DNA of 64,000 nucleotides from sequence record NZ_CP016173.1. The stretch is one strand, 5' to 3'. Made by a program: the position numbers and the translations under genes. Origin of the DNA: a plasmid. Below the pieces are notes generated by a model. The model ran no database searches and was not told where the DNA came from. It worked only from the letters and a program-made list of their open reading frames with translations. How positions within the stretch are numbered: position 1 is the stretch's first letter; every line of letters begins with the position of its first letter. Below are positions 37,822-47,258 of the stretch, one piece after another.

Positions 37822-39004
37822 CAATGGCGGCGAACCTGGAGCGCTCCTGGAGCGGCTGGAGTGGAGGACCGCATATCGAGATCCGTTCAGGTTCCAAACC
37901 TCGGAGGACTTCAAGGCTCTGATGCTGGAGACCCTTGCGCAGGGGGCCAGCGATATCCTGATTCAGCCCGGATATCCGGTTTGTGCCGAAGTGAACGGAG
38001 GCCTCCGGGCTGTCAGTCACCGCGCGCTCGATGATAGCGAAGTGCGCGAAATCCTCGTCCTGTGCGCAAACCGCGATACAGCGTGGACCGATATCGTCGG
38101 TGGAACGGCAGTCAACACTCGGTATGAGGTCTTTGATCCAAAGCTACGTGATTTCCGGGGCGACAAGGTGCGGCACAAGTATCGCGTCAATGCGTCGCCG
38201 ATTGCATACCACGGGCAGACATCATGCCAAATAGTGATGCGAGCCATTGCGAAAGATCCTCCGGTTTATACGGAACTGGGGCTGACGGAAGACATTGTTC
38301 GCGCTGCATGTCCGGAGGACGGCATAGTGTACGTCGCTGGGCGTACTGGGTCTGGAAAGACGACCACCTTTGCATCGATTCTTCGCTTCATTCTTGAGAA
38401 TGACACGCCTATAAAAGGCAATCTAGTTACTCACGAAGAGCCGATTGAATTCACTTTTGAGTCGATCGCCAGCAAGCACTCGATAATTGTACAGTCCCAG
38501 ATCCCCACCCATTTTGCGGATTTTTACGCTGCCAACCGTGAGGCGATGCGGCGTAAGCCAGGCCTCATAATGATTGGCGAAATGAGGGATGAAGAGACAA
38601 TCCGTGCAGCGGTGGAAGCCTCACAGACCGGACATCCAGTATTCGGTACGGTGCACGCCACTAACGTCGCTTCTGTTGTGCGCAGGCTTATTTCCAGATT
38701 CCCTGAGGCTGAGCGCGCTACAGCGATCTACGACATTATCGAAAGCGCCCGCTTTATTATGGCGCAAACTCTAGTGCCGGGCGCAAATGGGCGTCGAGTT
38801 GCAGCGCGAGAGTGGTTGCAATGCGATCAGAGGGTTCGAGATGAGCTCATGGTCATGTCCGATATGGGGCGAGTGACGGGTACGCTCCGAGACATCATGC
38901 GGGCGCGGGGCTGGTCGTTCGTCCAGGAGGCCGACAGGTTGCTCGCAGATGGCGCCATCAGTGCCGCCACGGCGGCACAACTGCGTCAAAAAGCCGAGGC
39001 TTAG
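37805..39004 (+). CDS. dotB: DotB-type (VirB11/PilT-superfamily) T4BSS ATPase
   Basis: Walker A 'YVAGRTGSGKTTT', Asp box, Walker B 'LIMIGEMRD' and His box in a 399-aa protein; overlaps the upstream gene by 17 bp. Confidence 0.8.
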   Translation: MDTTIDNGGEPGALLERLEWRTAYRDPFRFQTSEDFKALMLETLAQGASDILIQPGYPVCAEVNGGLRAVSHRALDDSEVREILVLCANRDTAWTDIVGGTAVNTRYEVFDPKLRDFRGDKVRHKYRVNASPIAYHGQTSCQIVMRAIAKDPPVYTELGLTEDIVRAACPEDGIVYVAGRTGSGKTTTFASILRFILENDTPIKGNLVTHEEPIEFTFESIASKHSIIVQSQIPTHFADFYAANREAMRRKPGLIMIGEMRDEETIRAAVEASQTGHPVFGTVHATNVASVVRRLISRFPEAERATAIYDIIESARFIMAQTLVPGANGRRVAAREWLQCDQRVRDELMVMSDMGRVTGTLRDIMRARGWSFVQEADRLLADGAISAATAAQLRQKAEA

Positions 39005-39157
39005 CGTCGGCGACGGACGACAGTGCGTGACAATGGTGGCAGACAGTGTTGACACGGCGGTTGTATCGCGCGATGTTGTGTGGTACGATCGCGCCACATG
39101 TCGCCTTGATAGTGTCAAGAGTGTGTAATCAATTTGATAAGGGTGGCGTGAGGAAGC

Positions 39158-39430
39158 ATGAATAAAGGCCGTTATCACTGGTCGAATTTGGCCCGAGAGG
39201 TTTTGTTCTTTGCTGTCCATTGGGCTGCTGCCGTGCCGTGGATTGTCCTGATTTTTTATCAGACCTGGACCATTTTCAGCGCGGCAATCCTGTCAGTCCT
39301 GGTGCTGTTTTACGTACGCTTCATTTCCAAAATGACGTTGCCTGCTGCATGGCGGTCTGTTTGGTACTTGATAAGTGGGCGTGAAAAAGCAACGAATAAC
39401 TGGTTTAAAGAATTTATTCGTCAACGATAA
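39158..39430 (+). CDS. Small two-TM membrane protein (IcmT/TraK-like by size)
   Basis: 90 aa with two hydrophobic helices; sits directly after the dotB-like gene. Confidence 0.3.
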   Translation: MNKGRYHWSNLAREVLFFAVHWAAAVPWIVLIFYQTWTIFSAAILSVLVLFYVRFISKMTLPAAWRSVWYLISGREKATNNWFKEFIRQR

Positions 39431-39454
39431 ATAAACTGCGAAGGGTAGGTACAT

Positions 39455-40462
39455 ATGGGCAAGGTAAGTGTTGTCGGCGTGGATGATGGCCACTACGCGA
39501 TCAAGGTGGTCCTGGAGAACGGGACGACTTTTTCTGTGCCGTCGCGCGGCCGCGCGGGGCGCCATATGATTTCCTGGCAAAGCGACGAGGCTGGCCTGTA
39601 CAAGACGGAAGAAGGTCATGATTTCACGGTGCACGAGCATCTTGAAGGCACCGACGACACGAGGTTTGCAGACTACCCGCGCTCGCCTCTGAATCGGGTG
39701 TTGGTCCATCACGCTTTGCGCAAAGCGGGCCTCTCTGGTAAAGATGTGTCCATCGCTACTGGGTTGCCGGTGTCCTATTACTACCTGGCCGATGGGCAGC
39801 GTAACGACGCACTGATCCACGCCAAGCAGGAGAATCTGCGCAAGAAGGTGAGCAGCGGTGGGCAGCCTATGGCGAACATCGTAAAGAACGTGGTGACCAC
39901 GGAAGCGATTGCTGCCTATTTCGATCAACTCATCGATATGGACGGTTCCCCTTCCGAACAGTTCGAGACTCTCAACGATTCCGTGGTCGGCGTCATCGAT
40001 ATCGGCGGAAAGACGACCGACTGCGCCGTGATCTTCCCCGGTGGACAGCAGGTGAATACGGAGCGTTCGGGTTCTAACGATGTTGGCGTTCTCAGTCTTT
40101 ACAGTGCTATCGAGTCGAGGCTGCGGTCGCAATTCGACTTGGACAACGTTCCCCCGCGAATAATCGAACATGCAATCAAGACGGGAACGGTCAAGCTTTC
40201 GGGACAGGTCGAGGACGTACGAGAGTTGTTGGTCCGCGAGAAGGAAAACCTGGCCGAACAGATTATGGCTGGTGTGCGTACCAAAATCGGCTCCGGGAAA
40301 GACTTGGATTCGGTTTTGTTTGTCGGCGGCGGCGCAATCGTGATGGAGGATCAGTTGAAGAAGTATTTCCCGCATCACCGTTTCGCCAAGCAGCCCGAGT
40401 TCGCGAATGCGCGTGGGATGTTCAAAATCGCCAAGTACGTTTTCGGCAACGAGGGTGAGTAA
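39455..40462 (+). CDS. parM: Actin-like plasmid segregation ATPase (ParM/StbA family)
   Basis: 'VGVDDGHYAIKV' (phosphate 1), 'GVIDIGGKTTD' (phosphate 2) and 'VLFVGGGA' (adenosine motif) of the actin/ParM fold. 335 aa. Confidence 0.75.
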   Translation: MGKVSVVGVDDGHYAIKVVLENGTTFSVPSRGRAGRHMISWQSDEAGLYKTEEGHDFTVHEHLEGTDDTRFADYPRSPLNRVLVHHALRKAGLSGKDVSIATGLPVSYYYLADGQRNDALIHAKQENLRKKVSSGGQPMANIVKNVVTTEAIAAYFDQLIDMDGSPSEQFETLNDSVVGVIDIGGKTTDCAVIFPGGQQVNTERSGSNDVGVLSLYSAIESRLRSQFDLDNVPPRIIEHAIKTGTVKLSGQVEDVRELLVREKENLAEQIMAGVRTKIGSGKDLDSVLFVGGGAIVMEDQLKKYFPHHRFAKQPEFANARGMFKIAKYVFGNEGE

Positions 40463-40463
40463 G

Positions 40464-40679
40464 ATGGCGAGCAAACCGCTGAGAACCGGCGTGTTGCTTG
40501 CTCCACGCTACCCAGTGGAACGCGATGCAATAGCTCTGCTCAAGGCCGTACCCAGCGGGGAGCGCACAACGTTTTTGCGCTCGCTGGTTTTGATCGGCTA
40601 CAACGATCTTCGTAAAGATCGCGAGCAGGCACGTGAGCGCGTCCAACAACCCAACCGAACAGGGAGCGATCGTGACTAA
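40464..40679 (+). CDS. Small DNA-binding adaptor candidate (ParR/StbB-like) tightly coupled to parM
   Basis: The ATG is 1 nt after the parM stop; 71-aa basic protein. Assigned by position only. Confidence 0.3.
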   Translation: MASKPLRTGVLLAPRYPVERDAIALLKAVPSGERTTFLRSLVLIGYNDLRKDREQARERVQQPNRTGSDRD

Positions 40680-41250
40680 TCAAGCCGCAAAAAAAGAGCG
40701 GTTCGAGATCCGATTGCGGGCCAATATCGCGGCCGAGGCGGATTTGCTGGCAGAGCTTGAGGCCCGGGATGGCGTATATGGGGGCAAAACCGAGCTGCTT
40801 CGAGAATGCCTACGGCGGGGGTTTGTCGCGCTACGCACGGCTGTCGATAAGCAGCCTGCTGACGCCACGGAAGAATCGATCCTTGACGCGTTGGCTTCAA
40901 CTTTTCCGACAGGCGAATATAGCTACCGAATCGGCAAGCTATACCTGGATGCAAGGGAAGCGGTTACTCACGGTACGCCTATGGAGCCGTCGGCGTCAGA
41001 CGTGACCCGGGATAACCGGGATGACCAAACTCGCAGCCCTGAGAGCGCCTTTCCTGCTTCAGAACTAGCAGAGGCCTCGTCACCTGCAGGCCCGGTGCCC
41101 CAACCTGAGGCGCCTGTATCGGCGGACTCGCCTGGCCCTGTGCAGGCATCAGAGCCCAGCGATAACCCGAAGCCAAGGCCTCCAGCGGTGGATTGGGGTC
41201 GGCTGCGCGGAATTGCGGGGCGTGAAGATGATGGAACGGAGAACAGGTAA
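40633..41250 (+). CDS. Ribbon-helix-helix-like DNA-binding protein with an acidic, Pro-rich disordered tail
   Basis: 'KKERFEIRLRANIAAEADLLAELEA' is an RHH-type beta-strand plus helix. The start may be the GTG at 40673. Confidence 0.4.
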   Translation: MSASNNPTEQGAIVTNQAAKKERFEIRLRANIAAEADLLAELEARDGVYGGKTELLRECLRRGFVALRTAVDKQPADATEESILDALASTFPTGEYSYRIGKLYLDAREAVTHGTPMEPSASDVTRDNRDDQTRSPESAFPASELAEASSPAGPVPQPEAPVSADSPGPVQASEPSDNPKPRPPAVDWGRLRGIAGREDDGTENR

Positions 41251-41262
41251 AGCGCGGTAGAC

Positions 41263-41293
41263 AGGCCCTCAAGCGTGCTTGAGGGCCTTTTTT
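41263..41293 (+). terminator. Rho-independent terminator
   Basis: AGGCCCTCAAGC-GTG-CTTGAGGGCCT hairpin followed by TTTTTT. Confidence 0.6.
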
Positions 41294-41304
41294 GGATCTT
41301 GAGC

Positions 41305-42588
41305 ATGGCAACAAGCAAGTCCCAAGGGACAGACCGGACATTCCAATTCAGCGATCCAGCAGCCGTAGCCGGAATCATCGTTATGGTGATTGCCGCCGTA
41401 TGGATCGCATGGTATTTCGCACATACGCAAATCAGCGCGCTGTATGTATACGTGCGCTATGCAGAGGTGTGGGTTTTGAATTTGGCGGGCGCTTTTTTCA
41501 ATCTGCCCGGTATTTCGTCTGCTCACAATTGGGTGCAACGGGTATGTGCGCCCGAGAGAACTATTCTGCTATGTACGCGGGATTTTTCAACGCTTAGTTG
41601 GGGAGAAATCACTTCTTCATCCATGGTCTTTAATGGTCTATGCGTCATTATTCTCGGCGGTTGGTGTTTTCGCATGTTTCGCCAAGTGTCCCGCACCCAC
41701 CCCGGCTTTCGATTTACCAAGAATCACTCCATTAAGTCGTTCGTGAAAGAAAATGCCGCGCTGTACCCCCATCTAAAGCTTGTGGAGAGGCTAGACTTGG
41801 TAGCCAAGCCGCTTGCCGATCCGCTCTTTGGCATGAGCCTCACGTCTCGGCAATTTGCGTACAAACACCGCCTTATCAGCGGGTGGCAAAAAATGGCAGA
41901 TGGCCAGTATGTGCCCGTTTTGAACCGGGAGGCTGCTACGGCGGTATTTCTCGCGCAGCTCGGCCCTCATTGGACTCGTTCTGCGGATCTGACGCCTGGG
42001 GAGACGCTATTGCTCGCAATAGTCCTCCCACGGGTAGCTGCGACAGACCCCCGTATGGATGATGCGGCATTCAAGAATGCGATGGCCGATAGTGATGGTC
42101 TCATCAAGTGGTGTTGGGACCACTTCACGTCGTCGGTGGAGCGCCAGGGCAGAAAGCGGGAGAGCGGCGATGACGGCTATGCATGGTTGCGGCCTGCATT
42201 TGATCTGTCCTATCCCAGGCAAATAATCGCGCGCTATCTGATGCACCCGGAGGTAAAGCAGATCATCGAGCAGCATGCATTCCGCAGGACAATTCTGTAT
42301 GCGTGCTATGTCCGCGCAAGTGCCCTCGGCGTATTTCCGCCTGCGGACGTGCGATGGCTGCGGTTTTACGATCGGGAGCTCTGGTACCTACGCAGCAGCA
42401 TCGGCAGGCAGGTGGCTTTTGCGGAAGGCGGCTCGGCCGTCTATTGCCACTACCTATACGAAGCAAAAGCGGGCTGCGCCATCGTTGAGCCCCAGCTCGA
42501 CAAGGCCGTGAGCGGGCTGGAAGCTGCCATGCACGGGTTCCGCTACACCGAAGCCGACAAGAAGGCGTATGAGGAAGCCAGGGGATAA
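41305..42588 (+). CDS. DotM/IcmP-like (R64 TrbA-like) inner-membrane coupling-complex protein
   Basis: Two N-terminal TM helices, then a cytoplasmic domain of about 300 aa. Lies immediately upstream of a DsbC-like gene, matching R64 trbA-trbB. Confidence 0.45.
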   Translation: MATSKSQGTDRTFQFSDPAAVAGIIVMVIAAVWIAWYFAHTQISALYVYVRYAEVWVLNLAGAFFNLPGISSAHNWVQRVCAPERTILLCTRDFSTLSWGEITSSSMVFNGLCVIILGGWCFRMFRQVSRTHPGFRFTKNHSIKSFVKENAALYPHLKLVERLDLVAKPLADPLFGMSLTSRQFAYKHRLISGWQKMADGQYVPVLNREAATAVFLAQLGPHWTRSADLTPGETLLLAIVLPRVAATDPRMDDAAFKNAMADSDGLIKWCWDHFTSSVERQGRKRESGDDGYAWLRPAFDLSYPRQIIARYLMHPEVKQIIEQHAFRRTILYACYVRASALGVFPPADVRWLRFYDRELWYLRSSIGRQVAFAEGGSAVYCHYLYEAKAGCAIVEPQLDKAVSGLEAAMHGFRYTEADKKAYEEARG

Positions 42589-42669
42589 ACGATTCGCTCT
42601 TTTGGTGATATGATCGGGCGGTTTTGTTAGAATTGTGAAACCGCTGATTTCTGACGAGAGAATAGAATC

Positions 42670-43518
42670 GTGAACATCGGAAAGTTGCTGGTTGCGACGG
42701 CTATTGCCGTGCTTCCCGCTGCGCAAAGCGTCGCCCAGTCCCCCGAGGCCGTCATTTCCCGCTATGGAAAGATCGTCCGCAAGCTCGATCCTGGCGTCGG
42801 CGGTTTGACGGCGTGGCAAGTAGAGAAAAACGGCAAGCAGATTACCCTATATACGACGCCCCCGGCGCCGAATATGGCGGTCATCGCAGGTGTGGTATGG
42901 GATGCGCAATCGGGACGAAACATCTCCGATATGCAGTTACCCGTGCTCACGCATGAATCGACGGGATCCACGCCACCCGCGATGGGTGTTGGAACTTCGC
43001 GCGCGTCGGCCATGTCCGGGAATTTTACGGGGGACATTCCCCAGGCCATGCATACGGTCGATTCTCTCCAGGGCGTCAAAGAAGGGCAGGGCGGCGTTGC
43101 GGACACGGTGTATGTCGTCATCGATCCACGGTGTCCCTATTGCCAACAGGCCTATGCAAAGACACGGCCATACGTCGCTAAGGGGTACTCCATTAAATGG
43201 ATCCCCACGACTGCTTTGGGCGACAAGGCCAACGGCACGCCGATCGCGGCGACGATTTTGCAATCAAGTGACCCTGCGGTGTTGGCCCGGATCCTCGGCA
43301 AGCATGAGCCCATCAAGTCAGAACCGACCCCTGAAACGATAAAGGCGCTTGATTTGAACCTGGCCTTCATGTTTGCGGCATTCGAGCAGAATCAGGAGCC
43401 AGGCCAGCAAGCGGGTGTGCCCGTAGCTTTCTATATCGACCATCGGACTGGGCGTCCCAAAATGATGACCGGCTTAACCGATGATGCCGTTCTGCAAGAT
43501 ATTTTCGGGAGTCTCTAG
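42670..43518 (+). CDS. trbB: Periplasmic thiol:disulfide interchange protein, DsbC family (R64 TrbB-like)
   Basis: Signal peptide and thioredoxin-fold active site 'CPYC' in a 282-aa protein. Confidence 0.75.
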   Translation: MNIGKLLVATAIAVLPAAQSVAQSPEAVISRYGKIVRKLDPGVGGLTAWQVEKNGKQITLYTTPPAPNMAVIAGVVWDAQSGRNISDMQLPVLTHESTGSTPPAMGVGTSRASAMSGNFTGDIPQAMHTVDSLQGVKEGQGGVADTVYVVIDPRCPYCQQAYAKTRPYVAKGYSIKWIPTTALGDKANGTPIAATILQSSDPAVLARILGKHEPIKSEPTPETIKALDLNLAFMFAAFEQNQEPGQQAGVPVAFYIDHRTGRPKMMTGLTDDAVLQDIFGSL

Positions 43519-44226
43519 GTGAAACTTTCAAAAGTCTCCGGCACGAAGACGACGGAAAGGTTTTCGCCTTTCGTGCAAATCACCGCGATGGACAACCGTA
43601 TCGCAGTAATGTTTGACAGCGATTTTGCCGGGGACACCCTGCGTATGCCGCGCGTCGTGATGCTGCCTCGCCCCCCTACCGAGATCTCATGCGAAGTCGA
43701 AGGAGGGCAGTCCGAGTACAGAGTCAAGCTGCTTGCGTCGCATGATGGCAGCGTTCAGTGCCATGACCTGGCAACGATCGCAACGACGGATAACCTCCCC
43801 CTGGTCGATGTACGGCAGGCAGTCGCCAGCTCTTTCGGGCGTGCTCTTCAATCCTATCTCCGATGGGAGTGCCGTGCACTGGGAGCGTACAAGGAGCCGC
43901 AATTGACGAGCCCCGGGATGGTCGGCGCCGTCCCGGGCGAGCCGGCAATGTCGGCGCCTATCACGCAATCTGGAAAAGGCAACCGATCGGTCTGGAGGTC
44001 TGCGGCGGTGGTCGCCGCTGTCGCCGTTGTAGGGTTCTGCCTTGCCTATGGGCTATCGGCTCGGACTGGGCACGCCGCTGACCCTATCCAGGCCGCTGTC
44101 GCCGAGAACATGGCTCAGGATCCCGCCTCTATTACCGCTCAAGTTGAGCTGACCAAACAAACCCTGCGCTCCATGGGTCTGGATCCCGGGCGGGCAGGCG
44201 ATCTTGGCTGCCTAGCCGCGCAATGA
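43519..44226 (+). CDS. Hypothetical protein with one TM helix
   Basis: 235-aa ORF, GTG start abutting trbB, hydrophobic helix 'AAVVAAVAVVGFCLAYGL'. Confidence 0.4.
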   Translation: MKLSKVSGTKTTERFSPFVQITAMDNRIAVMFDSDFAGDTLRMPRVVMLPRPPTEISCEVEGGQSEYRVKLLASHDGSVQCHDLATIATTDNLPLVDVRQAVASSFGRALQSYLRWECRALGAYKEPQLTSPGMVGAVPGEPAMSAPITQSGKGNRSVWRSAAVVAAVAVVGFCLAYGLSARTGHAADPIQAAVAENMAQDPASITAQVELTKQTLRSMGLDPGRAGDLGCLAAQ

Positions 44227-44501
44227 TGCCGGTGGTTGAGCCTTCCCTGCAGGGGGATTTCGGCCTGATCTCGGTCGCCGAGCGTGTCCAGTGGCGTGAG
44301 GCCTTGCCACGCCATTTACTGGGCGCCATGAAGCAGCGTGATGGGAGCGCACTCCCGGCCTGGAAGGTCGCAGAGCATATTCAGCCCACCCTGATCACGA
44401 TTCACGAATTGTTCAATACCGCCCCTCTCGCAACCTTGCACACGCTTGAAGAGTATTTCTCACCGGCCTCTCTCGCGCATCGGAGTGACTATGCATCCTG
44501 A
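44223..44501 (+). CDS. Hypothetical protein
   Basis: 92-aa ORF that overlaps the upstream stop by 4 bp; no recognisable motif. Confidence 0.25.
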   Translation: MMPVVEPSLQGDFGLISVAERVQWREALPRHLLGAMKQRDGSALPAWKVAEHIQPTLITIHELFNTAPLATLHTLEEYFSPASLAHRSDYAS

Positions 44502-45534
44502 CACCGCTATGAATGACGAAGCGGAAGATGTTCGCGAAATCCAAAAGTTCGCTCAAGGCTTTCGTAGCCTGCTGATCCCTTCGCCAGCGGTGCTGGCAAA
44601 TACCGCTATTCTGCTGAAGCGCCTTGTCCTCCTGAGCGACAAAGTGCTGCCGGTCAAGAGCTACTTCAACATGGTGCAGGAGATGCAGCGTGCGGCATTT
44701 CTCGCCGAAGGTATGGCAGCAGATGCGGTGCAAGCCGAAGGGCTCACGGGGGAGCGCGCGGCAGAGCGCACGCGAGAAATCATCCGCGAGGTCGAGGCCA
44801 AAGGTGCAACTTTCTGGTCTATAGCAGCCAAGGATGCCAAGGGCGAGCTCAAGGAGCGGCTTCAGCAGTTGGACCAAGATAGTCAGCGGGCCCTATGCAC
44901 CGAGGATACGTTTGTGATCGTCTGCTCGTACCTCAAAGGCGAAGTTGCCAAACAGGGTAGCGTCCACTATTTGCGTGGTCAGTCGCCGGACTTCAAGGAG
45001 ACCAAGAAGCATCGGAATCCTTTGGACCTGTCCAAAGAAGTGGTGCTCAAGGGGCTGTCATCCGCGCTGGCGCGACCTGATGCTGAGCGCGGCTCCATCG
45101 AGCGCGGACAGATCGACAGCGGCTTCAACCATCTTGCCCGCCTGAATAGCCTTGCAATCATCATGCTGGACGTGGTGGAGTGGATCCGCGTATGTGAGAA
45201 GAACGGCACTCCATGCCGGAAAATCGACGTGCGAGCGAAGTTCGACCTGTCGCATACCGACTACGAGCGGGTCATGGCCATGGCCAGGCGCGCGGGGCTG
45301 TACACGCTGCGAAGCCACAAGAAGGATCCGAGCAACAGGTACACGCTGAAGTCGAAGATCCACCAACGGATCGTGGATCAGGCCGCGATTTTTGGGTACA
45401 CGCCTCAGAAAACGCTCAACAAAATTCTGGACGATTTTTTCCGCCTTACCGACTACTCCGCGCGTCTCGGGCGAAGTCCGGAGCAAGTTTTCAATGCGCT
45501 CGTTGACCAATCCAAAGAAGATCCGAACGCGTAG
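44491..45534 (+). CDS. Hypothetical protein
   Basis: About 348 aa starting from the internal Met (MHPDT...); GC3-rich; no recognisable motifs. Confidence 0.45.
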   Translation: MHPDTAMNDEAEDVREIQKFAQGFRSLLIPSPAVLANTAILLKRLVLLSDKVLPVKSYFNMVQEMQRAAFLAEGMAADAVQAEGLTGERAAERTREIIREVEAKGATFWSIAAKDAKGELKERLQQLDQDSQRALCTEDTFVIVCSYLKGEVAKQGSVHYLRGQSPDFKETKKHRNPLDLSKEVVLKGLSSALARPDAERGSIERGQIDSGFNHLARLNSLAIIMLDVVEWIRVCEKNGTPCRKIDVRAKFDLSHTDYERVMAMARRAGLYTLRSHKKDPSNRYTLKSKIHQRIVDQAAIFGYTPQKTLNKILDDFFRLTDYSARLGRSPEQVFNALVDQSKEDPNA

Positions 45535-45552
45535 GGCAAGGAAGGGTACGGT

Positions 45553-46122
45553 ATGGGCAAGCAAGACGGGGACGAGGGCCCCAAGATCAGCGCTGAAGAC
45601 CAGAAGCGCATCGAAAAGGGGGCTCGCCAACTGGCCGCGTACGCGGCCTTTTTGCGGTGGAGTGCCAACTTCTCGCGAAACGAGATCACAACGCACCCCA
45701 GTCATCGCCAAATCATGATGCTCTCGCCTGTGCAGAGCGGCAGGTTCGCGTTCACGCTGGAAGGGAGCACAATTCTGCTCGGCACCCAGCCTTTTGAGGC
45801 AGCGTGGATGGCGCATATGCCGTTTGACTGCGCGTACCTGTCAGACCGCCTTTATCTCTGCGTGACAGGCGTGTCGCTCATGGAGGTGCACTTCCCTCCC
45901 ATCGCCCTGGGCATTCATGTGGCGGGCGCGGAGAAGCGCGGGCAGTTATCGCAAGGCCGGTTTGTTCAGCCTGTCGGTGTCGAAGTGCAGAATGGCGCCG
46001 TGACGGCCGTAGGGCGTCCCTACGGCCTCGGTTTTCCCGTCAGGCAGGGTGAGATCACCTCGGGGCTATTGGAGGCCACAGCGGCCCGTATGCGGTCCCA
46101 GGATATGTCCCGGTTCTTCTGA
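45553..46122 (+). CDS. Hypothetical protein
   Basis: 189-aa ORF followed by a strong terminator. Confidence 0.45.
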   Translation: MGKQDGDEGPKISAEDQKRIEKGARQLAAYAAFLRWSANFSRNEITTHPSHRQIMMLSPVQSGRFAFTLEGSTILLGTQPFEAAWMAHMPFDCAYLSDRLYLCVTGVSLMEVHFPPIALGIHVAGAEKRGQLSQGRFVQPVGVEVQNGAVTAVGRPYGLGFPVRQGEITSGLLEATAARMRSQDMSRFF

Positions 46123-46190
46123 AGAGAGGATTTCAGTGCGCCCTGTTACCCGGGCAAAAGCACCGTGTAGCGCATTAATTACCCATCCCA

Positions 46191-46221
46191 GCAAAAAGCC
46201 CGCGTTACGCGGGCTTTTTGC
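46191..46221. terminator. Bidirectional rho-independent terminator
   Basis: GCAAAAAGCCCGCG-TTAC-GCGGGCTTTTTGC: a perfect hairpin with an A-run and a T-run, between convergent gene blocks. Confidence 0.65.
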
Positions 46222-46296
46222 TGGCCGGACACATTCTATCCACAGAATCTGTGGAAATCTCTATGGGCGCAGTGAACGGTCGCGAAACAAGCAAGG

Positions 46297-46653
46297 TCAA
46301 GCTTCCGGCCGGTTCCACGAATCTTCTTCAGCGAGGCCAACTTCGTCCAGGCGACGGGTCATGCCACCTTCCGCCCATTCGCGGTCAAGGTTCACACCCT
46401 TTGCAGCGTTCTCGATCGCGAACTCTCGTCCGATGATGGCGGCTTGAACGGAAGACAGAAGGGCAGGCGAGGGCGCTTTGTATTCCGACAACAATTCCTT
46501 GGAGACTTCAGGTGGCAGCTTGCGGATGGCTTCACGTACGCCGGCGCCATATTCTGAAAGCACGGGCTGCTTGCCCAGGATGATCTCGCGATCCTGCGAT
46601 GGGAACATCGAGATCCCCATGCTTTGAAATTCTTGGGCCGTAGCCATAGTCAC
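46297..46653 (-). CDS. Hypothetical protein
   Basis: 118-aa ORF, the last of four co-directional leftward genes with short intergenic gaps. Confidence 0.4.
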   Translation of the reverse strand: MTMATAQEFQSMGISMFPSQDREIILGKQPVLSEYGAGVREAIRKLPPEVSKELLSEYKAPSPALLSSVQAAIIGREFAIENAAKGVNLDREWAEGGMTRRLDEVGLAEEDSWNRPEA

Positions 46654-46656
46654 CTC

Positions 46657-47247
46657 TTACCGGTTGTCGAAGTCGTCGCTACGGTCCAATGTCCTGTCGT
46701 AGCGAGAGAAGATCGCCGCCGCCTGGCGCGCCAGGCAACGCTTTTCAGCATTGTTGAGCAAGCTCCGAATGGTTTCCGGCTTCGAGCTCAAGCGCTGGGT
46801 TTGATCATGAAGCAGTCCTACGAGGGCCCGACGATCGTTGGTCGATCCAGGTGCAGCATCAATCGCTGTGTATGCCTCGCTGTAGGCTGATGTGAGCTGC
46901 TCCGCCGCAACGGCGTCGCCTGCCACCGCGCGCGGCCCGTAGGCCAGCGTCGAGACGGCAGCGCCACCAATCCGCCGCAGCGCGGCGATCTCTGCGGCAC
47001 GGCTCTGCATGACACGGCCAGAACTCATTGCATGCGGCGGGTTCGATCGGAACCACTCCGCCTGGCCATCAGCCAACGTTTCAACTGTCCGGCGAAGCTG
47101 CTTTCCTTCTTCTGTCGGCTGCAATATGGCTGCCGCCACGTTGTCGAAAGACAGCATTTGCGCGTGCTCGACGTGCTGCATCGCCTGCGCTCGAAGGAGC
47201 GCAGTGCCGATTACAAAACGACTGGCCTCGCGTATGGATAGCTGCAT
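46657..47247 (-). CDS. Hypothetical protein
   Basis: 196-aa ORF with a 3-bp gap to the downstream gene. Confidence 0.45.
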   Translation of the reverse strand: MQLSIREASRFVIGTALLRAQAMQHVEHAQMLSFDNVAAAILQPTEEGKQLRRTVETLADGQAEWFRSNPPHAMSSGRVMQSRAAEIAALRRIGGAAVSTLAYGPRAVAGDAVAAEQLTSAYSEAYTAIDAAPGSTNDRRALVGLLHDQTQRLSSKPETIRSLLNNAEKRCLARQAAAIFSRYDRTLDRSDDFDNR

Positions 47248-47258
47248 AAGTTGGGCTT

